Source: Rhodosorus marinus CCMP1338 (taxonomy: Eukaryota > Plantae > Rhodophyta). From it: a stretch of DNA of 64,000 bases. Each line of letters starts with the position of its first letter. Positions within the stretch are counted from its first letter, which is position 1. The notes below the pieces were generated by a model. It was not told where the DNA came from, made no database searches, and saw only the letters and a program-made list of their open reading frames with translations. This document shows, one piece after another, positions 1 through 12,603 of the stretch. Position numbers and translations under genes: made by a program. The stretch spans positions 1,240,001-1,304,000 of the forward strand of contig JAMWBK010000011.1 of assembly GCA_029953675.1 (NCBI GenBank). The letters run 5' to 3'.

Positions 1-1140
1 CGTGGAGGAGGTTGTTTTGATCGTTGGGTAGTTGCCAAGTCGGGAGAGCTTCTGTGTTGAGGCTTGATCGCGGGGTCAAACACCTGGAACTGGTTTTTCT
101 GGATTCTCATCGTTACATCATCGTCTCGCCTTCTGGCTTAGTATTTGCGTGTACGACAGTGGGCATGGAATGTCCCGAAGCCTGCTTTTGTACATGCGAA
201 GATTAAGGGAGGAGTTGAGCCGGTGGTTCGGCGCTGTGAATCTGTTGGAACCATCTTGAGGTGAACAAGGCCTAACTTTAGCGAGGATTTGGTAAGACGC
301 TGAAGCGAGCAAGGCCTTAGGACTATATAGCACAGATAATCTCCGAGCAGAGTGTGATCGCATGATCACGAGAAGCGTGAACCAAATCCGGGAGGAAGAC
401 GGTTCCCAGCTGGAGGCGCACGCGGTGGAAAGGTATAGATTTGTTCTCGAACACACACTGCACAATAGCCGTGAGCACCTAGACATAGAAGAATCTGAGG
501 GCTAATTAGAAACGTAACTGAGGTGCTCAAGACCGCTTGAACTCCAACACAACCTTCATGATGGGGTTCATATCTGCCTTTGTCTTCGGTGGCTGGGTCA
601 TGAGATGTGGAAATTGATAGAAGATGTGATCATGGAGTCAGCCAGAGCGAATCTGAGGTGCGGAGGTAAGACAGATTCCTCCACATGGCCGCCTGAAGAG
701 CCAAACTAGCCCGGATGTGGTTCATATCTGCCTATTTTGTGGGTGGTTGGGTCATGATGTGACGAAATTCATGGAACAAACGCCCAGAGGAAGGATAGGC
801 GGAACGATAACCAAACGGTAACTCTTACCAAGACGGTACGTGGCAATTTGGTCTAAGAGCTCGTGGCATCACCACTCCAGGATAATAGATTTAGATTGCA
901 ATGTCAAGTCTTTTTGCGGAACGGATTCGTTCATCATGGGCGAGAAGAATCGGCAGCGCCGTTTGCTCGAGCTTGAGTGGAATTGTGCTTTCTGTTAATT
1001 GATTGAACGCGCTTTGGACGTCGTTCGTTGTGAATTCTGACCTCGTCCCGTAGAGCTTTTGAAAGCCGAGATCTGGTTCCCTCGCGATACGGAGACGATG
1101 GAGGTGTGGCCTGAGGTAGCTAACGCTTTTTTTCATCCTG
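1..1140 (-). mobile_element. Possible decayed non-LTR retrotransposon remnant
   Basis: Broken minus-strand frames have weak resemblance to the post-RT region of LINE ORF2 (RRLSVLYSPKALL). An imperfect ~70-bp direct repeat lies at ~556-625 and ~712-775. No intact RT motif is visible. Confidence 0.2.
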
Positions 1141-1162
1141 GAAGCGCGGAAAATCAGGTATC

Positions 1163-2462
1163 ATGGGTGGAAAGGACGCTGCTGTCGAGGACCGAACGGT
1201 AAAAGCAAAGGAAGCAAGCCCAAAACCTGAGGTGGAGCCCTCCAAGAAGTCTGAGAAGACTTATGCTAATTCCGTTGAAAAACTGCCTGAAGCGGAGGGG
1301 AGTGCATCGTTAAAAGTTGAGCTCTCAAGTGAGCAGCCATGGAAGAGTCATGAGAAGGCGAATGAGGTTGATCCAATGGAAGACAAAGCTGTACATTTGT
1401 CGATCCGGCTTGAAGCGGACAAGAATCTATTGTCGTTGCTGAAATCAGTTTCTCGCAGAACGAACCTTGCATTAAGCAGCTCCGGAGTAGCCCTGATAGG
1501 GCCGAAGTGGTTGACGGCAAGACTACGCCCTTGGGAATTCCGACGGAGGTCTCTCACCGGAGTCCAACCCTCGACGATTTGATTGCCAGCAATGATATCT
1601 GGAATGTCCTCGAGGACCCGCTCAGACGCGTAGTCGAAGGCACCTCAACAAAACAATCACATATCTGTCTCATACTGAGCCTCGACGGTTTACTATGTTT
1701 TCGGGAGACCGGAAAACTGTACTCGGGCTGTCAGACCCAGTTTGCCTTGGCTCGTGAGCCTGATTTTCCGGGGAATTCCCAGGGGACCTCTCTAGGAGGC
1801 GTTGGATCCGCAAAAGCACTGGCCTGCTCTTCTTCTACGCGTTCCGCCGCGCCTCCGTTGGATTCTGGAGCTTGGCTGATTCTGGCAATGCTAAGGACAC
1901 TCTGGACGGTCTGCGAACCAGCAAGCTCCTTTCCTCGTTTCAGAAGCCATTGTTCACTTTCAACCGGAACGAGATTGAGAAAGGATCGTGTTTGGAAAAA
2001 CCTTACGCTACGTTCAGGATATTGGATACGGTACGTCGGCGATAACGTACAAGCATTTCAGCCGCCTGATCGCACATCGCTCTCTTCACCTAACGCATAC
2101 TCCTCACCCGCTAGGTTTGGAACAGTCACAGTAAATTTTCACAGAGGAACACACTACTCGTTGACGAGGACGAAGAGAGGACACGCTTCCATAAACTGAA
2201 TCGCGTCGTAGTGCCCGCATTCAGTGTTGATGAGGTCCAGGCGGGCTTTGATGACGATATCTTAGTATGGCTCATCGTGTACCTGGAGTTCTGCGTACTC
2301 GGCTATACCAAAACCGGGTCAGTCCAGAATGCGATCAAATTCATGGACTTTGATAGGTTTGTTTCGTTGGGCCTAGAAACCGACAAGGCAGTCGCACTGG
2401 TTGAACGCGTATCGAAGCTCTATGCAAATGCCCTCGCTAGGGGAAATAGTGGGAAGAATTAG
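1163..2462 (+). CDS. NIF/FCP1-like HAD-superfamily phosphatase domain protein (paralog A)
   Basis: Hand-spliced model: 1163-1390, 1459-1753, 1783-2030, 2115-2462. It aligns along the domain with the 22519-23668 paralog (LDGLLCFRET/LNGLLLFRET, YAFRR..VGFWS, DDDILVWLIVYLEFC/DDDVLIWVIMYLEFC). Intron 2031-2114 is at the same position as the paralog intron. The first two introns are inferred. Confidence 0.7.
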
Positions 2463-2469
2463 GAAGCTA

Positions 2470-3660
2470 AAAAATAAGCCGGGCCAAGGCACACTTGATA
2501 AAACAAGTCACCGACTTCTTGTGAGCTTTTGGAGGACAAGCAGTGGGAGGACAAGAGGTTATTGCCCTTTTCTTGGTAGCATTTATCTTCATCAACACTT
2601 GCATTCCATGGGAAGCTGTAAAAAAAAGGATATCTTCTTTTTTGCACAGCACGGTTTTGCCGTGCTGTCAAGCTGACACCAGCGGTAGTCCACTGCAGAG
2701 CGAGGCAGACAGACATGTAGGGACAGACTACCGAATCACGGGGCTACCAGCCGGTTCACACTTCTTGTCGGCATTGGCCGATAGGATTGGGGTGGTAGAG
2801 GAGGCTCTATCTGTCGAGTTTTCTTCACAGCATGTTTTGCTGAGCATTCGAATTGGGGGAGATGCGATGAGGAAATGCACTCAGGCGTTGGACAGAAAAC
2901 GATGCTGGTACTGCTTGGAGCTGCGTGGTTTGCTAGTTACATTGTCGACCTTCTGTATCCAAAGACCTGAACAACTTTATCAGTATGAGTTTGTAGAGGC
3001 TTCTGCCGAGAACACGGGTATTCTTGGTGGTGGTACCACCAAAACGCTGTCCTAACCGGGACCTCAAGGCCGTATGCGATAGACCAGATTCTGATACGAG
3101 GAGTCAACGCATACAGCGCATAAAACTTACTATATGCTCAAAAGCCCTGAAGTCGCTTCTGGATCTTTTTCTATCACGGCCAACATAATAATATAACAAC
3201 TCCATCCAAGACAGTACCAACCCCAGACGCAGCCATCTAGAATTCTAGGATCAAGCGAAAATCATGCGAGGAAAAAGACGAGGAGCGGATCAAGTTGAGA
3301 AGCAGTTCAGAGCTTGCCAAACGGGAAAATCTGTTTAGTGCAAGCTCCATTTGCCAATTTTCATGCAATGACCACGTTTATGCTCTCGCTGCTCACGAGC
3401 AAGCCGGCCTCAACACGACAAGCTCGCCAACCTCCAGCTTAACAAACAAAAGCTCTTCATGCAGCCAGCTAATAAAACTCCATCTCCCTTTGGACGTAGC
3501 ATTAGCTACTGGACCGTCAAGGACCGAACTGGGTAAGCCCGTGAACCAAACTCGAACGGTGAAAGGGTGCCCGACCCAAAAGATTAAACGAGAGGAACAT
3601 CAAAACCTACTCGGCGAGTGCTGAGACAAACGGGAGTGCAGACTACGAACTAATACCCAC
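2470..3660 (+). mobile_element. Possible decayed non-LTR retrotransposon RT fragment
   Basis: ORF 2543-3055 (LSIRIGG...WYCLEL) and downstream broken frames (HVYALAAHEQAGL) loosely follow LINE RT domains 5-7 and the following GGLGL-like motif. Several stops are present. Confidence 0.2.
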
Positions 3661-4937
3661 CTCATCAGGTAACCTTCCATACAGTTTTACTCCCAATCGA
3701 AACACGGACCAGAGCACTAGGTCTTACCAAGGCATTCTCAACATGAGAAGCCATTATCCCCACCTCAAAAACTAGTAAAGGGACAGCAACGCTTTTGGTC
3801 CAGTGATTTTTTTTTCTACGATAGCAAATCAAATGAATTTACGTACTCCGCCCCACCCGCCTGACATGCAATACAATTTTAATTGATTAACTATATGAAT
3901 TGATTTGCAGATATCCGCTGATTCGTCACACTCTTATTTTTTTCATAGTTTGTAGAAGCGTGGCTAATTTAGGTATTAATACATAGGCGATCCAATTGTG
4001 CAAACTTATGGTACCCCCTTGCGAAGGTATGCCCCGCTGCAAATATATTGACTAGAAAAATTAAATTTGAGTCTACCCAAGTTTTACCCCCCCCCTCGGC
4101 CTCTAGTCCGAAAATTGTCCCGAAGAAAGATCCAACGGATTTTTAGAAAAGTATTTAAAAATGAGATATATTCTACAGCTCTACATGTTTGTATTACATA
4201 AACTTTTTCAGGGTAATCAAGGTCTTCTGAACACTTCCGTTGCGTTTTGTTTTGTGAGAGTTTTTAGATATATAATCATCGACAGCAGAGGTAAGCTGTT
4301 GAGCACGATTCTGACCTGTGAGAATCCGGCTTATTGGCTACTTAAATAATCAACATTTGCATGACCGCGAGAGCGCATTCATCAAGAAGAATTTTCCGTT
4401 TTGCATACCCACAGATTCAGCTTTTTCTTGTTTTGCCGACTTTTTGCTCAGCAAATTGGTTTCGAAAGGGATGTCATCTGATGAACGGGAAAGTATTGGA
4501 AATTCAGTTCTACATGGACACTATTGAGAGAAATCTCTCTTGATATTCATTCAATTCTGTCGTTTTGTAATGGTTTAGCTGGAAGGGTGGCTCGCTCGTG
4601 CTTCACGAGTAGAAATGGAGTTGGATTGGTCGTGTTGATCGAGGTGACGGAACTGATATGTTCGGCGTCAGCGATTTTGTATGGATAGTGTGGAAACACG
4701 GGAAACGCGTTGGTTTTTCTGGAGGATCACAACCGACTATTGCTTAAGATTAAATTTCTTGCTGATTTGCTTTTTAATGTATATCCTTCTAGAAACGTAG
4801 ATTTCGATCCCTACGCGGTATATGCTGGGCGAGCGAGAAATCTGTGAAGTCGTGTTTTTTTTGCAGGGTTTTTGAATGGTCATCGCCTCGGGGGCCGCGT
4901 AGCTGGTTGTCTGCGACCTGAGGACGTGCCAGAAACG

Positions 4938-4945
4938 TATAAATA
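4938..4945 (+). promoter_or_regulatory. TATA box of SDR copy 1
   Basis: TATAAATA lies 130 nt upstream of the ATG; SDR2 and SDR3 show the same spacing. Confidence 0.55.
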
Positions 4946-5067
4946 CTAAAGATGTGGACTGATTTTCTTGGACTGGATGAGGGAGCAACTTATCTGACAA
5001 GAGCAGTACAGTTTAGTGATTGAGTGTGTATTGACGTGTTGTGGAGATTGTGAATATTTGGGAGAAG

Positions 5068-5964
5068 ATGGGTTTCGATTTCAACAAGATACCGGATCAG
5101 AGCGGGAAGGTCGCGATTGTTACCGGCTCGAATATCGGCATTGGGTTTTCTACCGCAAAGCATCTCGTGCTTAACAATGCACACGTCATCATCGCGTCGC
5201 GAACTCCGAAGAAAGGACTTGATGCAGTAGCGGAGCTCAAGAAGATGAAGCCTGACGCCAAGGTGGAGTTCATGCAGCTGGATTTAGCGAATTCGGATAG
5301 CATAAGATCGTTTGCAAACGCGTTTATGGAGAGAGGACTGCCGCTTCACCTTCTCGTGAACAACGCGGGTGTAGCGGGAGTCCCGCACTCCAAGACCGTG
5401 GATGGTTATGAAGTTACGTTGGGGACAAACCATTTGGGGACGTACTTACTAACGATTCTACTGCTAGACACGCTGAAGAAGTCGGCTCCTGCAAGGGTGG
5501 TCACTGTGTCATCGTTGATTGCGAACATGGCAAAGGCCGACCTAGATGATGTGGCGGGAAGGAGCTACGAGAAGAGCAGTATGGGAGTGTATGGGATTAG
5601 CAAGCTGTACAACGTAATGTTCGCGCAAGAGCTTGACAATCGCGTGCGGGCGGACGGAGTTAGGTCGTTTGTGGTGCAACCCGGTGTTGCAAAATCGGAT
5701 ATTCTGAAAAAGACAGAAACAAACGCCCTCACGACGATGATGAAGGGGATGAAGTTTATGATGCAGTCTTCTGACAAAGGTGCAATTTCCACGCTGTACG
5801 CAGCAACATCGGACGAGGTGCTCGCTACTGGAGCATCAAAAATGTATGGACCGAACATGATGAACATGGGAAACACACGAGCAGGGAAGATCTCAAGCAA
5901 GGATGTGACTGCCACCAACAACAGGATCCTTTGGGAGAAGACCCAGGCACTTGTGGGTGTATAA
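5068..5964 (+). CDS. Short-chain dehydrogenase/reductase, retinol dehydrogenase/WWOX-like (copy 1)
   Basis: Intronless, 298 aa. TGSNIGIG cofactor motif, NNAG, GTNHLG, catalytic YGISK. Confidence 0.92.
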   Translation: MGFDFNKIPDQSGKVAIVTGSNIGIGFSTAKHLVLNNAHVIIASRTPKKGLDAVAELKKMKPDAKVEFMQLDLANSDSIRSFANAFMERGLPLHLLVNNAGVAGVPHSKTVDGYEVTLGTNHLGTYLLTILLLDTLKKSAPARVVTVSSLIANMAKADLDDVAGRSYEKSSMGVYGISKLYNVMFAQELDNRVRADGVRSFVVQPGVAKSDILKKTETNALTTMMKGMKFMMQSSDKGAISTLYAATSDEVLATGASKMYGPNMMNMGNTRAGKISSKDVTATNNRILWEKTQALVGV

Positions 5965-7563
5965 GCCTCTGTGAATTTCCCGTTGCTATCGAGGGTTCAT
6001 TGTTAATATTCCGTGCAAATTAAATACACTATCAACTGTTTAACGCTTTGCAACCAGCAACTTCACCGAACGGTTAAGCTTCCGTCTACAAAGGGCTGCT
6101 TGTGATCAGTAGGAGGCTTCTAGCCACAAAGCACCTCCACCCAGTTCGAGGAGGTGATCGCCTGGTGTAAAAGACAACGAGCCTATGCACGTTTCTTGGA
6201 TTTTATGTGGAGATCCATCTCTGTCAACCACGAAGGCCTTCCGCTCCTCTCCGAGAAGATGATTTGCTTTATTGAAAGCGTACTGGGGATCGTGAAGCGA
6301 TGCTGCCAAGACCGCTTCCTAGGCTGTTTCCTATTCGAAATTGATCGACGATGAACGAGAATCCCGTATTTTAACGGAATGAAATTAACTCAGGAAGTTT
6401 AAGCTCCAAGGACCTTGCCTTGGACCTTCTCGAGAAAGTCGTGATCGGCCCATGCACAGCCCTCGAACTCAGACTACGGAAGAACCAATGTAGCTTTTGT
6501 CTGCTACTACATGCCTTTCGGGGAATCTAGGCACGGGTTTGCCCCGCCAGCACAAGGAGACGGAAAACTCGCAAAAATACAAAATTTCAATTTCCGAAGA
6601 AAATCGGAGAAACTAAAGAGGTTTCGGTTTCAGTACTATACGGCCACGAAGGAATTTACAAAGGGTAGAACTTTTTTTGTCTGAGATACAGGTCTGTCCG
6701 ACTCTGATGGCAAGGTGGAAAAACATGTCAAAATCATCAGCAGACCGCTTTTTGTTTAGGTATTAGGTATCCCTGTTTTTACGATTGACCTTACACCTCC
6801 GCCCCACCAGTACAAATGATAAAACGGCGTTTTCATAGTTAACAACTCACAATTGTTAATTGGCGGTAACCCTCAGGTACATCACCCCACTGCATTTATA
6901 TTCATAATTCATACAAGGGATATATTGTTTGGACATTTAAAGTCCTACGATTTCAATTGGCAAGAAAATATCCCCCCCTCCAAACTATTTACTTTGCAAC
7001 TATATCAAATAGAAAAACAAATTGTTTGTATTCTGGGCTCTTGCTGAAGTGCAGGTTGCTGTTAGGGGTGCGCGGAGGACATAATAAATAGTTCCTCTAC
7101 CGTAATCCCGTTTATTAAGTACTTTCTTCATCAAAATTCGGAACTCCGCTTGACCGTACTAAAGGTTAGGGGGTTTCCTCTTTGAGCACAACGCGGTCTT
7201 CTGTTTCCTTCGCTTAGTGTACTCTTTTGAGGAGAAAACTAGTTTTCATGTCAAACTGTATAAATTTTTAGCACTGAGCGAAGATATCAAGTTTTTTGTT
7301 ATTTTTGTTTAGAGACCTCAACTAGACGGGTTAATTGCGTTGAGAATCGTTTTGAGATGCTAATGGTTGTGGCCCATTGCAACTGAAAAATAATGAAAGC
7401 TCCATGGCTCGCTTGGGGATCAACGGCTGTTTTCTGATATATGATTTTTCGTTTTCTTCCTTTTCTTTATGCTACCGGTTTCTAGAACGTAGGCGGAGAC
7501 TTCTGGCAAGAACATGCTGGAGGGGCGGTGCCGCTGTCTGTATGTGAGCAAGTTCCGCAAGGG

Positions 7564-7570
7564 TATATAA
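7564..7570 (+). promoter_or_regulatory. TATA box of SDR copy 2
   Basis: TATATAA lies 130 nt upstream of ATG 7694. Confidence 0.55.
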
Positions 7571-7693
7571 GTCCTCGAGGTACGAACTAGTTTTTCCACG
7601 TTACAAGTAAGGGACTCATTAGAAAAGGGGAATACAGACTAAAGATCAATACCCAAGTTTTGCGTGGATATAGGTGTGATATTTGGGAAAAAG

Positions 7694-8590
7694 ATGGGTT
7701 TCGATTTGAATAGCATACCAGATCAGACCGGCAAGGTCGCGATTGTTACCGGTTCGAACGTCGGCGTTGGGTTCGCTACCGCCAAGTACCTTATGCTCAA
7801 CAACGCACACGTTATCATTGCTTCACGGACCGAGAAGAAAGGACTTGATGCGGTCGCGGAGCTGAAGAAGATGAAGGCTGACGCCAAGGTGGAGTTTATG
7901 CAGCTGGATTTAGCGAGTTTGGACAGCGTAAGGGCGTTTGCAAACGCCTTTATCGAGAAAGGACTGCCCCTTCACCTTCTCGTGAACAACGCGGGTATCG
8001 CGGGGGTAGAACACTCCAAAACGGCTGATGGCTACGAAGTAACGATCGGAACAAACCATTTGGGGACGTATCTTGTTACCACGTTGCTGTTAGACACGAT
8101 GAAGAAGTCGGCTCCTGCGAGGGTGGTGACTGTGTCCTCGCTGCTTGCGAACGGGGCAAAAGCTGATCTTGACGATGTGGGTGGGAAGAGCTACGAGACG
8201 AGCGGCATGGGTGTGTACTCGGTTACCAAACTGTACAACATTATGTTCGCTCAGGAGCTTGATAGGCAAGTACGGGGGGAGGGAGTTAGATCGTTTGTGG
8301 TGCAGCCCGGCGTTGTGAAGTCAGATATTTATAACAAGACAAAACCAACCGCGTTCACAAAGATGATGAAGGGCATGACGTTCATGATGCAGACTCCTGA
8401 CAAAGGTGCGATTTCCACACTGTACGCAGCAACATCGGACGAGGTGCTTGCTACTGGAGCGTCAAAAATGTTCGGACCGAACATGATGAACATGGGAAAC
8501 ACTAGAGCAAGGAAAATCGGAAGCACGGACGCTAATGAGACCAAAAACAAGGTCCTTTGGGAGAAGACACAGGAACTGGTGGCTGCGTAG
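7694..8590 (+). CDS. Short-chain dehydrogenase/reductase (copy 2)
   Basis: 298 aa. TGSNVGVG, NNAG, YSVTK catalytic motif. Confidence 0.92.
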   Translation: MGFDLNSIPDQTGKVAIVTGSNVGVGFATAKYLMLNNAHVIIASRTEKKGLDAVAELKKMKADAKVEFMQLDLASLDSVRAFANAFIEKGLPLHLLVNNAGIAGVEHSKTADGYEVTIGTNHLGTYLVTTLLLDTMKKSAPARVVTVSSLLANGAKADLDDVGGKSYETSGMGVYSVTKLYNIMFAQELDRQVRGEGVRSFVVQPGVVKSDIYNKTKPTAFTKMMKGMTFMMQTPDKGAISTLYAATSDEVLATGASKMFGPNMMNMGNTRARKIGSTDANETKNKVLWEKTQELVAA

Positions 8591-9352
8591 TGGTTGTGTA
8601 GACCGAACAATGAGTGTCATGACCCTGGTCAAGAATTATCTGTTCAAATTTTTCTTCGCAACTACTTTTGATGAGGTTTCCGAATAGCGGGGGAAGTACC
8701 GATGATATAGTACTCTGCCTGTCATTCGACAGAAAATGAGGCCACTCCTGCTCCGGTGCCGTGTGATTGCTTGGTTAACTGCCGGCCTTTTTGGGTTAGA
8801 GCTCCTCAACTTTATATCGGTTTGAGTTTTCTGGGGTTGAGTTGTGGGTATATAGGCAGGCCTCTCTGTGAATCTTCCGTTGCTATCAAGAGTTCTTTTG
8901 TAACATTCCGCGCAAATTAAATACAGTATCAACTAGTAAACGGTTTGCACGTGGCAACCTCACCAAAGGACTACTAACCGGCCAGCTCCAGCCGGCAGAT
9001 ACTTATCCATAGGGGCTTAATCGCAAAAGATCTCCGCCAAAATCGAGGAAGTGATCGCCCAGCGTAGAACAACCTACTAACCACGGAGATCTTTCGTTCC
9101 TCTTGGAGAGGATGATTTGTTTTTGTGAAAATGTAAAGGGAAATCTTGCGGCGACGGGACCTGACCAGTTCCGGGTTGTTTCCTACTCGAAATTGATCGG
9201 TTTTGAACCACGGTCCTACAATTTAACGGAATGAAATAAACACTGGAAGTTTAAGCTCCAATGACCTTGCCTTCAATCTTTTCCTCAACGTTGTCATTGG
9301 TAATGCTGGGCGCGCGAACTCAGGCTCCCAACAACCGACGAAGCGGTGAAAC

Positions 9353-10155
9353 ATTTATAATGGGAATCGACGGAATTTAAATGTCTAGACAATATTTCTG
9401 TTGTACGAATTGAATATAAATGAGGTTGTGTGATGTATGTGAGGGATTCTCGCAAACCAACAGATGTGACTCATTAACAAATGAAAACGCTTTGGCGATT
9501 TACGCGAATAAGAGCAAAGGCCGTGTGAGTTTTAGATGTTTTTCCAATGGTGTCCGTCGGGGTTGGGTGAGGACGGACGTCTTTGTCTTTGGTGGAACTG
9601 AAGGTCAGCGACAGTAGTATCTAACGCTTTTGTAAAATATCGTATTTGTAGTCTACTCATTAGTGCGGATACGAAAACCTAAATCTTGTAATAATTCTCA
9701 CTACCCACACCACCAAGAAGTCAAGCACATACAGTCGCCCCGCCAGCACAGAACGTGTAGGGAGAAAACAGACACAAAATACAAATTTCAGCTTCTGAAG
9801 AAAATCTGAGAAACTAAAAAGATTTAGGTTTTCGTATCCGCACTAATGAATAGACTACAAATGCGATATTTTACAAAAGCGTTAGATACTACTGTCGCTG
9901 ACCCTTTCCCAAAGACAAAGACGTCCGTCCTCACCCAACCCGGACGAACACCATTGGAAAAACATCTAAAACTCACTCGGCCTTTGCTCTTATTCGCGTA
10001 AATCGCCAAAGCGTTTTCATTTGTTAATGAGTCACATCTGTTGTGGGGGGTGGGGGTTGCGACGATCCCTCACATACATCACTCATTTATATTCATAATT
10101 CATACAACAGAAATATTGTCTAGACATCTAAATTCCGTCGATTCCCATTAGAAAT
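9353..10155. repeat. Inverted repeat, ~335-bp arms (9353-9687 / 9819-10155), ~130-bp spacer
   Basis: The arms are near-identical reverse complements. The ORF track shows the same peptide (AIYANKSKGRVSFRCFSNGV) on both strands. Confidence 0.9.
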
Positions 10156-12472
10156 AAAATACACCCCCTCACGAGCTATTTAATTTCAAGCTATATCAAA
10201 TAGAAAAATAAATTGTGCATATTCCATACTGATGCCCCCCCTCAATTTTCGGTTGGAATGTTCAGAAGAACTGTTTGTCGATTGCTAGAGATGACCGTAA
10301 AATCGTATTGAAGAAACTTTTTGTATGGAGGCGATTCTTATGGAGAGAAGTGGTATCGCGGTTGATTTTTGGTGGATTTTAGCTGAACGCTTGCCTGAAA
10401 TTCGTGTCGTTGTGTATCGTTTGAGAAAGCAGTGTAATTCCGCGTCCCACATTCACAAATCCCGTTTATTGAATACTTTCTTCTTCAAAATTTGGACCAG
10501 CAAACCGCGCTAAGAAGACCGGAACCTTGGTCGTCATTCTTTTGTCACTCTTTTGAAGAGAAATTGGTTTTTTAAGTTAACTGTAGGAATTGGAAAGTCT
10601 ATATATGAAAAAGGTCCGTGGTACTGAGCGAAGGTATCAATTATGTTTCTTGTTTTGGGCAGGGTTTTAAGGACTGGAAGCTTTTGACGATACAGAACGC
10701 AACACGTGTTGATTCTGTAGAGTAGAGTGATATCTCGCGCTGCGTGGAGCTTTTAATAGTGGTTTTCATCGCTATATCAGAAAGCTTTATGTACACATAC
10801 ATGAAAACCGAATTTGACTTAACGCATTTGTTTACTTTTTTAATGGCTGTAGGTTTCTAGAAAGTAGGTGAGGATTTCTAAGCAACAAGAGGCTGCAGGG
10901 GCGGAGTGGCTGCTTGCATGTGAGCTCCTTAAATCCCTTCCACGGGTTACTTTCACGATCAACCGTTTTCTTTCCTGGGAAACTGTGCTCTTTAAGGAAG
11001 ATTGTCTCTTTTTTGCATACCACCATGCTAAGACTTTCTTGTTTTGCGACTCTTTCTTACGTGAAAATTGGATGAGAGGGTGAAATGTGGATGCGGACTT
11101 TAGAATAGGAGATTATCCGAATTGTATACGTACTCAAACTGTGGACGATGTTTTGAAGACTAGCCGCGAAGAGCGCATCGGATGAAAGAAGCGCTTGCTG
11201 GAATGACTAGGGGCTTGTCCCGGACGAGAGGGCGTATGTGCGAAGCGTTTATTTATGGGTTAAAATACACCGATTACAGTGTTGGCCAGTGCCTGCAATA
11301 GGAATCGAATCTGTTCGTTAAGTTCCACTCGTTTACACAGTACCGTCATCAACAACCTCGGCTCTCGTTCCGAATAAGAATCTTGGAATTGGACTTGGCT
11401 CTTCAATCGATACATACTGTCATTATTGATAACAATACGAAGTCGAACAAGCAAGTCTTCAACATCATCTACTCACCATCTTGAAAAACAACAAGTTCAA
11501 GAATATGATCATTCCTGCTAATCAATTTTCTGTGAGTCCTCCCCAACCACATCAACAACCGCATTCGTTTTTTCTTAATTCACTAAACCCATTATTGGAT
11601 TTGCCAATAAATATCGAACTTCGCCACAAGTCCTTTGTCAATTATTCATAATTCATTGAAAGGACCCTTGGCGTTCATACTTCCTTGATTCCAAGTAGCA
11701 ATATTTTTATACCCCCCCTACCAAGTCATCTCTAACTCCAAATATTTATAAAACACAAGTTGAGCCTATCCAATTCCCCCTTCTGCTTGTACCAAAAAGG
11801 GGTCTATGGAAAACAACTTAAATATATTCAAATAATAGGTATGAATTCCGGAGCGCGAAATGATTGATTTGGTTTTGGTACTCTTTCGGAGCTACAGTTG
11901 TAGTAACTTGCCAGCGGATAGAATATTGAAATAGAGTAGACATATTGAGGATATGATTGAAATTCTTTAAAGAAACAGGTTCAATTACCCGTCCGACAAA
12001 ACGGGTCAGATAAAAGGGGTCCGATAAATGATCGTCCTATATTCAATCAACGTTAGTCCGGAGAGCGAAAATGGATAAAAGCAACTCTTCCAATACTTTG
12101 CGATGTCTAAAGTACGGATCGGAGCAAATGGATGGATTTGTGGTTGAAGCAGCTTTTTCAATACTGAAGTTGCCTAATCGACAGCGTTCGACAGCGTTCG
12201 ACAGTGCTTGACAGTGCTCGCCCAAACCCATCTGCTTTCTTGTATGCCTTTGGGCGGAAAAATGACTGCGCAGCTTTGAAACGAGTACAAAAAAGAAAGA
12301 GGCCGGGTCTGCGCTGTGAAGCAACGCCCAACTTCCATAGATCGTGTTTATTGATTGCTTTGATTGCTTTCATAGTCATCGTTTTGCGAAGCCATGCCTT
12401 CCGTTGGATTTTTGATGGCCATCGTCTGGATGGGCGGAAAATCTGGTTGTCTATGACCAAGTTCCCGCAGGG

Positions 12473-12479
12473 TATATAA
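12473..12479 (+). promoter_or_regulatory. TATA box of SDR copy 3
   Basis: TATATAA lies 131 nt upstream of ATG 12604, in a context matching SDR2 (aagttcc.gcagggtatataag). Confidence 0.55.
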
Positions 12480-12603
12480 GTAATCGAGATGCGTCCTGAT
12501 GTTTTCATGCTGGATGTGAAGGACACATCAGGCAACGGGAGTACACAGTAGTAGAGATCAAATACCAAGATTTTGTGTTGGTAATTGTGCTATTTAGGAT
12601 AAC

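Larger units (their letters stand above)
5965..10950. repeat. Paralogous intergenic DNA of the SDR tandem duplication units
   Basis: 5965-7560 is visibly similar to 8860-10950 (shared ctctgtgaat..cgttgctatc, ggaagtttaagctcca, ccccgccagcaca, tatatcaaatagaaaaa, gcactgagcgaag). Confidence 0.8.

Noticed and set aside
5041-7693. GTG/TTG starts in the ORF track extending SDR1, SDR2 and other genes
   Set aside because: The genome is eukaryotic; paralog alignment supports the shared ATG (MGFD) as the start.
12178-12212. Short tandem gacagcgttc repeats (and the catgattacca repeat near 51664)
   Set aside because: Ordinary slippage microrepeats.
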